IMG/VR virus record: IMGVR_UViG_3300035208_004396
DNA from: a virus
Lineage: Duplodnaviria; Caudoviricetes
Length of the DNA: 64,000 bases
Reading direction: 5' to 3' (one strand)
The first letter of the stretch is position 1. Each line of letters starts with the position of its first letter. Below, piece after piece: positions 38,249 to 47,875 of the stretch. The notes beneath the pieces are model-generated. The model was not told the DNA's origin. It saw nothing but the letters and a program-made list of their open reading frames with translations, and did not search any database. Made by a program: the position numbers and the translations under genes.

Positions 38249-38783
38249 TCATATTCAAACCTAAATTTTTACTTAGATTAGAGATTACTGTTTCATCATT
38301 TCGATCATACTTTTCAATATAAAATACAGTTTTAATTCCAGAAGCAGCTATCAATTTCATGCAATTGATACAAGGTTCGGTCGTAATCATGATAATGCAA
38401 TCTTGCAAAGAAACATTCGAATTAGTCTTATTAAGATTCAAAATGGCATTCATTTCGGCATGAATTTCATATTTCTCTGAAAATTTATGATGCAAATCAC
38501 GTATTTTATTCACTTTAATGTTTTGAATCCCCTTAAGATTTGGTTCCCATGTAGGTTCTAGTTCGTGCAGTTTATCGAAATTTACACTATTATCATCAAA
38601 GTTGAATATAGCATTACAATTAAGCATACCCGAAATTGTGCCATTATATGACGTTATTACACATCTACCCTTTTTGTTGAATATACAACAACCCACTTTC
38701 AAACGAGCACAAGTAGAACCCTCTTTCCAAACCAATGAGGTTTTCTTAAACAATTCGATATTTTTATTTGATATTTCAAACAT
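38238..38783 (-). CDS. dCMP deaminase
   Basis: STC.R.KVG, YNGT.SG, HAEMNA, PCINC motifs. Confidence 0.93.
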   Translation of the reverse strand: MFEISNKNIELFKKTSLVWKEGSTCARLKVGCCIFNKKGRCVITSYNGTISGMLNCNAIFNFDDNSVNFDKLHELEPTWEPNLKGIQNIKVNKIRDLHHKFSEKYEIHAEMNAILNLNKTNSNVSLQDCIIMITTEPCINCMKLIAASGIKTVFYIEKYDRNDETVISNLSKNLGLNMIKI

Positions 38784-38803
38784 AATGGTTAATATATAAA
38801 ATT

Positions 38804-39346
38804 ATGACTAATATCGTAGGAGAATCAACAGTAAATAATGTAAATAATTTTACAAATAACAAATTTGATATAATTATATCAAATTTCCCAAATTTTACTG
38901 GATTAACTATCGATTTAGCTGAAGTTTATGCTAACATAAAGGAATTCATGATTCCTGAGTTATCATTACAATTATTGGAGTCTTTTTATCTTCATAACCG
39001 AAGAATAAGTCCAGGTACACAAGGTACTAGAAATTTATCCAGCATAAGCATGAAAATCATAGCTGATAGTGCTCTTAAGAACTGGTATTTGTTTTATTCT
39101 TGGATTATCAATACTAGAAATGGTATAGGTGTAGATTCTAAAAATTGTACGCATGATAATTGTATAAATCAACTAATTGTTAAATTGAAAGACAATAAGA
39201 ATGTTATTAAATCTTCTTTAACATTTCATAATGTTTTTATAACTACTATTACCGATTTATCATTAGTCTATGGAAGTGCTGAAGATTATAACTTCACAAT
39301 TACTATGGAATATGAATATTTCGATTATAAACTAGAGGAAATATGA
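38804..39346 (+). CDS. tail tube-fold protein (T4 gp3 tail terminator-like)
   Basis: NKF...I..FP, IP.LSL, D..L.NW...Y.W, F...F.T.I..L, F.ITM.Y.YF. Confidence 0.65.
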   Translation: MTNIVGESTVNNVNNFTNNKFDIIISNFPNFTGLTIDLAEVYANIKEFMIPELSLQLLESFYLHNRRISPGTQGTRNLSSISMKIIADSALKNWYLFYSWIINTRNGIGVDSKNCTHDNCINQLIVKLKDNKNVIKSSLTFHNVFITTITDLSLVYGSAEDYNFTITMEYEYFDYKLEEI

Positions 39347-40935
39347 GTTTTTTGAATTTTATAAACCCAATGAGTAAATTCTTCCTTAATACAAAGGAAG
39401 ATGCTAATACCGAAAGGGAAAATGCTCTTAATCTAAACCGAGTAGGTTATAATGCTACTGATATAGCTACTTATCGAAATTCGGCTAATTCGTTGTCTTG
39501 GAATTCTATGGAGAGCAACGGTATCTTATTCGATGGACTTACTGAAAATAAGAGACAAAAGGTTATTCTTTATCGAGAAATGGCTCTATACCCATTAATA
39601 AGGAAAGCTTTAAGTACAGTAGCAGATGAAACTATTACTGAAAACACAGATGGTAATTGTGTACTATTTGGAATTAAAAAGGCTTATCAAAAAGAAATTC
39701 ATGAAAGCGAATTGAAAGAATTAAAAGAACAATTCGATTATGTAGTAAACTGTGTCATTAAACAAGAAAGACTTTGGTACTACTACTATCAATGGCTAAT
39801 TGATGGAGAACAAATATGGGAAAAAGTACCCGATAGTTCAGGTAAAAAACTAGTTGGAATAAATATTTTACCATGTTATAATACAATTCCTATTTATTAC
39901 AATGGAAAACGTATCGGCTTTATGCAAGATGCTTCTTTATTTGGAAATGGTATAGATAAAGGAGCTTCTCCAAAAACATTTAACGTGAATCAAATTGCAT
40001 ATTGTAATTATGCTTTCTGTGGGGAAGCGCCAGTAAATAACATATATGGTTATCTCGAACCAGTCATTCGTCACGTAAATCAACTTAGAGCAATAGAAGA
40101 TGCACTAACAGTTTATCGTGTAACTCGTGCTCCAGAAAAGAGAATATTCAAGATATTCGTAGGAAAAACACCTCCTGCTCAGATTCCTGCTAAAATAAAG
40201 AAATTGAAAGAAGAATATCGTAAAGAGTTGAATATAGATGCTAAAACTGGTGTAATAAACACTAATAATAGGGTTCAATCTTTTACAGAAGATTTCTACT
40301 TACCAATTTTAAGTGGCGGAGAAGGTTCTTCACTAGAATCTTTCAAAGGATCGAATGAATTTAATGGCCAAATAGAAGATCTTAAAATGTTACGTCAACA
40401 AGTAGCTGATGGATTATTACTACCAGCTGGCCGTTGGGATGATACGGGTACACCTACTACATATAGTTCTGCTCCAGAACAAAACATGACCGAGATTTCA
40501 TTCCAGAGAATGTGTCGAAGAAATGGTAAAACATTTTGTAATGATCTAATTTTGAATGTGTTTATATCTCAGTTGAAACTTCAAGGTTATAATAAAAAGT
40601 ATCTGGATCCGGCAATTTATAATATCAATTTTAATAATGCTCAAGATTTCCAGCGTATACGAGAATTATCTATAGCCGAGAAAATATCCGGCATTTTAAC
40701 TTCTTATTCGTCATTCTTACCAACATTAGGTAATTCTAAGAATGATAGTGAAGATTTGAGACCGTTATTTGCTAAATCATTCTTATTCGAAAATATATTA
40801 GGCATTAGTGCTGAAGATATGATGTTTAACGAAGCCGAGATTAAGAAAGAACAAGCTAAGTTAATTAAGTCTAATGAAGAAAAAAATACAGAAGGCGGCA
40901 AATCAGATGAAAATGATGATTCCGACGTATTCTAA
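39343..40935 (+). CDS. portal protein (T4 gp20-like)
   Basis: YREMA.YP, W.IDG, NQLR.IEDAL.VYR.TRAPE.RIF, EDFYLP motifs. Confidence 0.96.
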   Translation: MSFLNFINPMSKFFLNTKEDANTERENALNLNRVGYNATDIATYRNSANSLSWNSMESNGILFDGLTENKRQKVILYREMALYPLIRKALSTVADETITENTDGNCVLFGIKKAYQKEIHESELKELKEQFDYVVNCVIKQERLWYYYYQWLIDGEQIWEKVPDSSGKKLVGINILPCYNTIPIYYNGKRIGFMQDASLFGNGIDKGASPKTFNVNQIAYCNYAFCGEAPVNNIYGYLEPVIRHVNQLRAIEDALTVYRVTRAPEKRIFKIFVGKTPPAQIPAKIKKLKEEYRKELNIDAKTGVINTNNRVQSFTEDFYLPILSGGEGSSLESFKGSNEFNGQIEDLKMLRQQVADGLLLPAGRWDDTGTPTTYSSAPEQNMTEISFQRMCRRNGKTFCNDLILNVFISQLKLQGYNKKYLDPAIYNINFNNAQDFQRIRELSIAEKISGILTSYSSFLPTLGNSKNDSEDLRPLFAKSFLFENILGISAEDMMFNEAEIKKEQAKLIKSNEEKNTEGGKSDENDDSDVF

Positions 40936-42025
40936 GTTGATAGACATTATTAAACCGTTATTAAAAGATGAAAAAATAGAATTAATATCTAGACCAATTG
41001 TGCCTATCATTTATATCGAATCTATTAATGATAGAGCTGAGTTGATTAATAAAATAAAAGAATTATTAGATAAAAATGGTGTTAAAACTAGTAGAGATAC
41101 AAATGGTTCTTATTCTAAAACTGCACAATTAGCAGTTAATGGTGTGAAACGTAATGCTTTTATGATAGTGATTAAAACACCAGCTTATTTGAATGCAAAT
41201 TATAATTCAGCAATAACAGAATTAATGCCACTTATTATACTCATATTAGATAATAAACAAAAACAAAACTTGAATGATGTAGAAACATATTCACGAGCAT
41301 ATGTTTATGCCAATAATAATAAAAAGATATTATCTAGATTATATAAAGGGAAATTAGATAAAGTATGGGCCTTTTTAGCACCAGCTAATATAACAAACGA
41401 CAAAATGGAGGAAGCTTTAGCTATAGCTAGATGTTATAAAAAGAATTTCCAATATCAAGTTGAAAATTTTAAATGGACGGGATTCTTAAATATGGGAACT
41501 AACACTTCGGGTTATCGTGATAGAACTGATGTTATTTTAGGTCCCAAATTGAGAATTTCATTAAAAAGTCATGCTGTAAGTGATGATGTGTTTTTGCATA
41601 ATACTTCATTATATCAGTTTATAAACAGATTAATACCAAATTTGACCTATTTTAACTTGAATAAGTTTCAAATTTTTGAGAAATTGATAAAGAATTTGAA
41701 TACCACACCTAAATTGATTAGAAAAGCATTACATATTATAGTAGGTAATTTCAGATCTAATGCCGAAAATGGTTATAATTATATTGTTATATCGGATAAA
41801 ACTTATGCCTATGTAGCTAAAACAGACATTATTAATGTTTGGGCTAATGCTATGAATAATCCAAAGTATATTTTCGAAAATATAAAAATCGTTAACAATT
41901 CGTTAATAATTAATACTAATAAAGAGACATTTAATATCGATTATGTATTATACGAGAATAAAAATATTATACACGCCCCTTTGAAATTCAAATTGTTACT
42001 CAAGTGTTCAAATATTTTACGATAA
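40874..42025 (+). CDS. hypothetical protein, possible PD-(D/E)XK nuclease fold (true start probably near 40913)
   Basis: ITE...TDVIL...ISLK arrangement. Confidence 0.4.
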   Translation: MKKKIQKAANQMKMMIPTYSKLIDIIKPLLKDEKIELISRPIVPIIYIESINDRAELINKIKELLDKNGVKTSRDTNGSYSKTAQLAVNGVKRNAFMIVIKTPAYLNANYNSAITELMPLIILILDNKQKQNLNDVETYSRAYVYANNNKKILSRLYKGKLDKVWAFLAPANITNDKMEEALAIARCYKKNFQYQVENFKWTGFLNMGTNTSGYRDRTDVILGPKLRISLKSHAVSDDVFLHNTSLYQFINRLIPNLTYFNLNKFQIFEKLIKNLNTTPKLIRKALHIIVGNFRSNAENGYNYIVISDKTYAYVAKTDIINVWANAMNNPKYIFENIKIVNNSLIINTNKETFNIDYVLYENKNIIHAPLKFKLLLKCSNILR

Positions 42026-42085
42026 CATGACACTAAATGGAAGTATTTTTATCATTCAAATATATATTTTAAAAGGGATTTAATT

Positions 42086-42679
42086 ATGATTGTATTAAAA
42101 GAATATAAAATGGCAGAATCTACACTTTCCAATGTTAAAAATTCTATTGCTAATGTTTGTTTGAATTGGTTATCTAATTCCAAAGTAGAAAAAGAAATCA
42201 AACTTAACGGTGTTGACATGGTAAAGGATATGATCAAAAATGATGTTAATGACATAATAGGTCATGGTACTAGCAAAGTTGCTGGTTTTAAGTTCATTAA
42301 TGCTCTGGCAAATGCTAAAGGCGGATATTCTTTGATGAATACACTTAAAAGCTTCATGTTAGCTGGTGATGGTATGGGATTAGGTGAAAGCTTAGATAAT
42401 GTTTCCAAAATTGTAGAATTCTTGAAAACTCAGATCTATGGCAATTATAATAAAATAGAAAATCCCGTTGTGGCTAAAAAGAATGGCAATGGTACTATCT
42501 TGATAACATTTAAATTTCCTTATAAAGCTACTAAACTCGATATTATCGATATAGAAAAAGAAATACGTGATAATTCTGAAATGATAGGCCACTATCTAGA
42601 AGTAGCTGATTTTGATATCAATTCTACTATTACAGATGAAAACACAGTAGAAGTACTAATAACTCCTAGTGATCTATAA
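42086..42679 (+). CDS. hypothetical protein, candidate head protein
   Basis: Late motif, MIVLKEYKMAE; followed by a terminator. Confidence 0.6.
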   Translation: MIVLKEYKMAESTLSNVKNSIANVCLNWLSNSKVEKEIKLNGVDMVKDMIKNDVNDIIGHGTSKVAGFKFINALANAKGGYSLMNTLKSFMLAGDGMGLGESLDNVSKIVEFLKTQIYGNYNKIENPVVAKKNGNGTILITFKFPYKATKLDIIDIEKEIRDNSEMIGHYLEVADFDINSTITDENTVEVLITPSDL

Positions 42680-42683
42680 TCAT

Positions 42684-42711
42684 AAAAAGAGCTCTAACAG
42701 AGCTCTTTTTT
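42684..42711. terminator. bidirectional intrinsic terminator
   Basis: aaaaagagctc-taaca-gagctcttttt between convergent genes. Confidence 0.8.
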
Positions 42712-42774
42712 ATTATATTAGATATACCAATATTGAAGAAATATACGATAACTTTAATATTTTACAGATTATTT

Positions 42775-42937
42775 TCATTTAGATTCATATATGGCATTTT
42801 CAATAATGCTAATCAAATTCAATTTTGAAGATTTGTCAATATTGCCTTCTAGATCAACAAAACCACCAAGATCTAGTAGAATTCTGTCGGCAATATAATC
42901 TATAATCAACTAGGCAAAGTTTTATTTTCTTAGTCAT
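42775..42937 (-). pseudogene. frameshifted paralog of the two small ORFs upstream
   Basis: MTKKIKLCLVD, +1 shift, then IDYIADRILLDLGGFVDLEGN...IIENAI. Confidence 0.7.
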
Positions 42938-43109
42938 ATTGTGACCTATCCGAATTAATATCATCAATTATATTATCTATGGTATTTCTTAGACCAGTAT
43001 TTTCCCAAGCATCCAAGTTACCATATCTATCCATGAAATCACCGAGATCTTCGATAATTCTATCTACTAAATAATCTTTTTCATCAGAAGTAAGTTCTAT
43101 TTTCGACAT
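42930..43109 (-). CDS. small acidic protein (59 aa), paralog family
   Basis: MSKIELTSDEKDYLVDRIIEDLGDFMDRYGN...; SD gagg. Confidence 0.7.
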   Translation of the reverse strand: MSKIELTSDEKDYLVDRIIEDLGDFMDRYGNLDAWENTGLRNTIDNIIDDINSDRSQYD

Positions 43110-43139
43110 AATTAAACCTCATTTATATTTATAACCAAT

Positions 43140-43331
43140 TTAATAATTTTTAATTGATTTAAGCAATTCGTGATAATGATCTGTTATATTCAGTAATGTT
43201 GTGTATGATCCGGCGAGTTTACCACTATTATAAGGTTTAGATTCATCATCATTATTCATCTTATTAGTGATATCTGTCAAATAATCATCCAGCATAACAC
43301 CGAAGTTATTAAGTTTTTCTTGAATAGTCAT
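43140..43331 (-). CDS. hypothetical protein
   Basis: 63-aa ORF, SD agga. Confidence 0.6.
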   Translation of the reverse strand: MTIQEKLNNFGVMLDDYLTDITNKMNNDDESKPYNSGKLAGSYTTLLNITDHYHELLKSIKNY

Positions 43332-43334
43332 ATG

Positions 43335-43508
43335 TTAAGTCCTATCTTGATTTAGATCATCAATTGCATTTTCAATAATGCCCATCAAACCAGGTTTAGA
43401 ATATTCATCAGTATTGCCATCTCGATCTACAAAATCCCCCAACTCTTCGAGAATTCTGTTAGAAATGTAAGCCATATCAGCTTGGCAAAGTTCTATTTTA
43501 TTAGTCAT
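43335..43508 (-). CDS. small acidic protein (57 aa), paralog family
   Basis: MTNKIELCQADMAYISNRILEELGDFVDRDGN...IIENAIDDLNQDRT. Confidence 0.7.
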   Translation of the reverse strand: MTNKIELCQADMAYISNRILEELGDFVDRDGNTDEYSKPGLMGIIENAIDDLNQDRT

Positions 43509-43528
43509 ATGTTAACCTATTTTTTATT

Positions 43529-43557
43529 AATATACGAATATATTATAAGTTTCGTAA
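43529..43557 (-). promoter_or_regulatory. sigma70-type promoter
   Basis: TTACGA-N17-TATATT. Confidence 0.55.
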
Positions 43558-43608
43558 TATTTTTCTATAAAAAGGTGTAAACTTTTAGTTAATGCCGGAT
43601 AATTGTTT

Positions 43609-43926
43609 TTATTCAGTAGTATATACACCTTTAAGTACAATTTTATCATTATAAAATACATCTAACTCATTAGAATAATAGCCATTTTGTTCGGAATAAC
43701 ATGGAACAAAGATCATGAAATTACCAAAACCAAAACGAAAACCATAATTGTCGCACATCTCGAAATTCAAAGACTCTGGAAAATCAATATCTTTAATTTC
43801 ATCCGAAATCTGATTAAAATCGGCATAATTATAGACCATATTTACTTGGTCATTATCATCACTAGCGGAAATTATGTAACCGTTATCAAATTCGAGGTAG
43901 TTATCATCTATCTTCTTAACATGCAT
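43609..43926 (-). CDS. hypothetical phage protein
   Basis: NYADF, FVPCYSEQNGYYS motifs. Confidence 0.7.
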   Translation of the reverse strand: MHVKKIDDNYLEFDNGYIISASDDNDQVNMVYNYADFNQISDEIKDIDFPESLNFEMCDNYGFRFGFGNFMIFVPCYSEQNGYYSNELDVFYNDKIVLKGVYTTE

Positions 43927-43942
43927 AAGTTAACCTCTATAT

Positions 43943-44233
43943 TTAGTCTTCCATATCAGTGGGTTCATTTTTTACTCCAAGATCAGAAATAACACACCAA
44001 GAAAATATAGATACCGGATATTTTTCTCCTGTATCAAGGCAAAGATGAAGTCGTACCATATAATCATAATCATTGGCTTCTTCATAGATAAACACAGTTT
44101 TATCACCGAAATCTATACTATAATCATAGTTTTGTTCATTCAAAATTTCGTAGTAATTGTGATTGTAACAAGAAATATCTTTTCGGTATTTCAGTTTTAG
44201 ATTCACATCTTTAGTAAATTGAAGATTGGCCAT
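43943..44233 (-). CDS. hypothetical protein
   Basis: 96-aa ORF. Confidence 0.6.
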   Translation of the reverse strand: MANLQFTKDVNLKLKYRKDISCYNHNYYEILNEQNYDYSIDFGDKTVFIYEEANDYDYMVRLHLCLDTGEKYPVSIFSWCVISDLGVKNEPTDMED

Positions 44234-44319
44234 GATTAACCTATTAGTTTATCCTAAATATAAGAAATTTAGCAAACCGCAACGTATTGTTTAATCTGTA
44301 TTGTAGTTCATAAGATTGT

Positions 44320-44523
44320 CTATTGTGCTTCACCTTGTCTGTATAACTTGTCAAGAAGTTCATTGACAGGGCCCGTCAATTCTTCATCGATGAACTCTGC
44401 ACCGCATTTCGTACAACGGAAGACCGGCATTTCTTTGATTTCAAGAGTTTTGCCTTTATATTCATAGGTATCTTTTACCAAGACTCTCTTTACTTCCGCA
44501 TTGCAAATTGCACACTTTTTCAT
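44320..44523 (-). CDS. YgiT/MqsA-type zinc-finger protein
   Basis: MKKCAIC...YEYKG....I..MP...CTKCGAEF. Confidence 0.75.
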   Translation of the reverse strand: MKKCAICNAEVKRVLVKDTYEYKGKTLEIKEMPVFRCTKCGAEFIDEELTGPVNELLDKLYRQGEAQ

Positions 44524-44569
44524 AATGATTCTGACTTTTGCTATTGTTCTTTGAATGAAATGATGTCGG

Positions 44570-44833
44570 TTACTTAATGATATCCTTCCAATTTTCAACT
44601 TCAATTAAAGTTTTACCATCTGCTGGGCTTAACCACATAGATCCATTTCGAATACTAATTGGGCCAATAGGTAAATCTGAATTACCTGTTTTAAGATTAC
44701 TCCTAGTAATTCGCCTGATAGTTCTATTATATTTACGTTTCCAGTTCTTCATAGTCCCAGATTTAACCGAACAACACCACCTAACTATCAAATTAGACGA
44801 GCGCTTCAAATATTTTCGATATGAATGGGACAT
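44570..44833 (-). CDS. small basic hypothetical protein
   Basis: MSHSYRK...WKRKYNR.IRR; promoter TTGAGT-N17-TATTTT at 44890-44918. Confidence 0.6.
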   Translation of the reverse strand: MSHSYRKYLKRSSNLIVRWCCSVKSGTMKNWKRKYNRTIRRITRSNLKTGNSDLPIGPISIRNGSMWLSPADGKTLIEVENWKDIIK

Positions 44834-44931
44834 ATTAGTAAACTACCTATTAGTTAAAGACCAATGAAATTTCTCTCGTCAATACCGTTAAAATAGTAAA
44901 ATATACACAATTACTCAACTAAAATTAGAAT

Positions 44932-45717
44932 TTATCCGATATAAAATTCACAGAACGTACTCTCTTGATCGATTCGTTCTACTGCTGCATCATAACGTTC
45001 CTTAAATGAACTATACATAGAATCAGCATTCAAAGTTCCACCACCAGTCAAACTAATGTTGTACTTACGAAGAGCATTTGACCATATCATTCCGCATTTC
45101 GTGATGACCATTTCCCTGAATAATGGATCATTGAAGATTTTAGTAGTTTTTTGTTTTTTGAAAACTCTCATAAGGCCAGTTACAGGAGCAGTTGGTGTAG
45201 GATAAATTACTAATTCTTTTTCAAGTTTGTTGTATTTTACACGATACGATTCACCGAATGTAAGGTTTAGTTCTTTAAGCCATATCAAGCTAGAATTCCA
45301 GTTCCCAAGTATATCGCCATAACCAGCTCTTGTTCCCCAGCAAGTTCCTGAATAAGTGTAAGTATTAGCAACATTTCCCAATGCAAGTGAATTAGAAACG
45401 AAAAGATCATTTAAGTTACCAAGCATACCGCCAAGTTCGAAATCAACTATAGATTCTAGATCATCGCAGATTTTATAATGAGTCATACCAGGAACTAATT
45501 GGAAAGCCATATAATCATCTATAGAGCCTATATCGAGATAGTATTTTTGAACCCATCTGACACAATCCAATATGACAGCATTCATTTGATCTTCTGATAA
45601 TTCTATACAGATCACCGGACTGCCTAAATTGAGTAAAATCCAGTACCTCATTTCAGCCATGCTTGATATATCACCAGCATTTATCAGAGGATCTTTATTT
45701 TTACAATAATCGCTCAT
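44932..45717 (-). CDS. neck protein (T4 gp13-like)
   Basis: LGSPVI.IELSEDQ, W.NAL.KY..L.GG.TLNA, F.IG motifs. Confidence 0.9.
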   Translation of the reverse strand: MSDYCKNKDPLINAGDISSMAEMRYWILLNLGSPVICIELSEDQMNAVILDCVRWVQKYYLDIGSIDDYMAFQLVPGMTHYKICDDLESIVDFELGGMLGNLNDLFVSNSLALGNVANTYTYSGTCWGTRAGYGDILGNWNSSLIWLKELNLTFGESYRVKYNKLEKELVIYPTPTAPVTGLMRVFKKQKTTKIFNDPLFREMVITKCGMIWSNALRKYNISLTGGGTLNADSMYSSFKERYDAAVERIDQESTFCEFYIG

Positions 45718-45768
45718 ATTTGTATATATTATAACTCTGATATATAGTTTTATATAGGGTTTATAAAT

Positions 45769-46371
45769 ATGGCCGAAACTAATAATTTAAATCTGTTTAC
45801 ATCTAATCTGGTGAATTTGCCAGATCCTGTTAAAGCACATGAATTCCAATGTATTTTTGAAACTACAACAGATAGTCCATTGTATAAATTGTTCGGTAAT
45901 AGTGACGATTTAACTATTAGAGCTAGAAAAGTTTCAGTACCACAGAAAGATTTCGGCGAACTATCAACTGAATATCTCGGAATGAAGAGAGTTTTTCCAG
46001 GAAAAGCTGTTGTAAATGGTACAACAGGTATTACTTTCGATGAATTTCAAGACTTATTCATTACAAAAACTATGCATTTATGGCAATCTTATATATTCAA
46101 CAATGGTATTTATAAGGATATTGGGATTAATAATGCTAACATAGGAGCTGCTTCGAGCAACTATTTAAGAGATTATTCATGTACACTTAAAATATACATG
46201 TATGATTCAGCTCTTTCAAAATTGTTACCATATTATTACTTACTTACCGAAGTTTATCCTAAAACAGATGCTGGTTTCGAATTAAACTATGAAACAGATG
46301 GTAAAATTCAAAAAGAAATCACATTTAACTATAATAACTTTGAAGTAGTAGATTCAACAACGATTTCATAA
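45769..46371 (+). CDS. tail tube protein (T4 gp19-like)
   Basis: R...VP......YLG....FPG, ITF.E, W, VYP......L.Y motifs. Confidence 0.85.
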   Translation: MAETNNLNLFTSNLVNLPDPVKAHEFQCIFETTTDSPLYKLFGNSDDLTIRARKVSVPQKDFGELSTEYLGMKRVFPGKAVVNGTTGITFDEFQDLFITKTMHLWQSYIFNNGIYKDIGINNANIGAASSNYLRDYSCTLKIYMYDSALSKLLPYYYLLTEVYPKTDAGFELNYETDGKIQKEITFNYNNFEVVDSTTIS

Positions 46372-46399
46372 AAAATGGCTCCTAAAAGGAGCCTTTTTT
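46371..46399. terminator. bidirectional intrinsic terminator
   Basis: ggctcc-taaaa-ggagcc flanked by A and T runs. Confidence 0.8.
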
Positions 46400-46962
46400 C
46401 ACATAATGAAATCTTCCATTGGCCAATCTTTCTTTTTACACTTGCAATTATATTCAGAGTTAGAACTTTTCTTACCATCGGGACAGATAGTTTTCCGATA
46501 AAAATGGAATTCGTTTGGATTTACTTCATAAGTTTTACACAATTTGTTTTGTTCATAAAACTTCATAACTTGATGATCAGTCTTGACATTATATGTCCAA
46601 ACTACCTTATAAGATTGATCGGGAAAATAATAAACTATTACATTTTTCTTATTATAATAACTAACACGCCAATAATCGGTATAGTCAAAAGATACACTAT
46701 CTTTTACTTCAACTCCTTGTTCAATAAAATCATAATATTCTTCTTTATTATCTTTATAATATAATACACCATCATAAAATTCATCATTTTTGGTATAATA
46801 TCTGCGAATTTGATCCTCTTCACCGGGATTAGTAGTCTTTATATAGAAATTAGTATCTGTCCAATTACTATCGGGGTATTCGAACAATACGTGATCTACT
46901 ACTTTAGAGGAGAACATACTTGCATTAGCAATACAAGCAAAGAAAAGAAGAATTTTAATCAT
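46399..46962 (-). CDS. putative exported protein
   Basis: Signal peptide MIKILLFFACIANA. Confidence 0.6.
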   Translation of the reverse strand: MIKILLFFACIANASMFSSKVVDHVLFEYPDSNWTDTNFYIKTTNPGEEDQIRRYYTKNDEFYDGVLYYKDNKEEYYDFIEQGVEVKDSVSFDYTDYWRVSYYNKKNVIVYYFPDQSYKVVWTYNVKTDHQVMKFYEQNKLCKTYEVNPNEFHFYRKTICPDGKKSSNSEYNCKCKKKDWPMEDFIM

Positions 46963-46965
46963 TTT

Positions 46966-47817
46966 TTATCCTTTGAAATTAATGAATTCATTCGAAGTCA
47001 TAATCTTGATACCGAGCTTTTCAGCCTTAACATTCTTACTAGAACCAGAATCAGTATCATCGGTAACTAAGTAAGAAAGTCCTTTTTTAACAGAACTAAT
47101 AATTCCACCATTGTCTGTTACCATTTTTTCAAGTTCCGATCTGGGTTTGCAAGCTTTACCTGTGAAACAGAACGAATAACCATCTAGAAAACCAGATTTA
47201 TTTTTCGGAATTTCAAACTTAAAATAATAAAAACATCTACTCATATCATCTATTTTGTCATAGATCTCTTTATAAAGATCCATTTTCACAGAATCAGATT
47301 TAATCGTGGGAATATCCATTTTAATGAAATCTTCTGGCTTAATACGACGAAATACTGTGAGATTATAGATTGGATGAATATAAAAATCTTTAAAAATAGG
47401 CGTATTTTCTAGATATTTTAACTTTTTCTCACCAAAACCATCTAGATCGAAAAGACTTAGAAAAAGTCCCAATGTGATTGGTGTTTCTAACTTTTTATGA
47501 AGATTCTCATATATTTTATTACCATTTATGCCATTAGCAACAGAATAGAAATACTTTTTGTCAGCAATCAATATATCAGCAATTGTAAAGCTATGTTTAG
47601 TTAAATTATTGCATATTGATTCACCTGCTCCATCAATTTTTAGCAATTCGAAGAAATTACGGAATTTATGAGATATTTTAGCAGGACAATCTGGATTAAT
47701 GCAAATAATAGTTCCATTATCCTGAATTTTGAGTTCTTTACCACAAACTGGACAATTTTCCGGGATATTTAGAATGTGATTTTTCAAATAGTCCGAAAAA
47801 ATTGAATTATCTATCAT
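46966..47817 (-). CDS. NAD+-dependent DNA ligase, C-terminal part (Zn finger, HhH, BRCT)
   Basis: PENCPVCG...CINPDCPA, IDGAGE, DGFGEK, FCFTG...R...GG...SSV.K...YLV...SSK..KA..LGI motifs. Confidence 0.92.
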   Translation of the reverse strand: MIDNSIFSDYLKNHILNIPENCPVCGKELKIQDNGTIICINPDCPAKISHKFRNFFELLKIDGAGESICNNLTKHSFTIADILIADKKYFYSVANGINGNKIYENLHKKLETPITLGLFLSLFDLDGFGEKKLKYLENTPIFKDFYIHPIYNLTVFRRIKPEDFIKMDIPTIKSDSVKMDLYKEIYDKIDDMSRCFYYFKFEIPKNKSGFLDGYSFCFTGKACKPRSELEKMVTDNGGIISSVKKGLSYLVTDDTDSGSSKNVKAEKLGIKIMTSNEFINFKG

Positions 47818-47838
47818 ATAGTTCCTTTATTATTTCAA

Positions 47839-47867
47839 AATATAGGAAAACTAATTGTTAATCTCAA
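47839..47867 (-). promoter_or_regulatory. sigma70-type promoter of the ligase C-part
   Basis: TTGAGA-N17-TATATT. Confidence 0.75.
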
Positions 47868-47875
47868 TACAAAAA

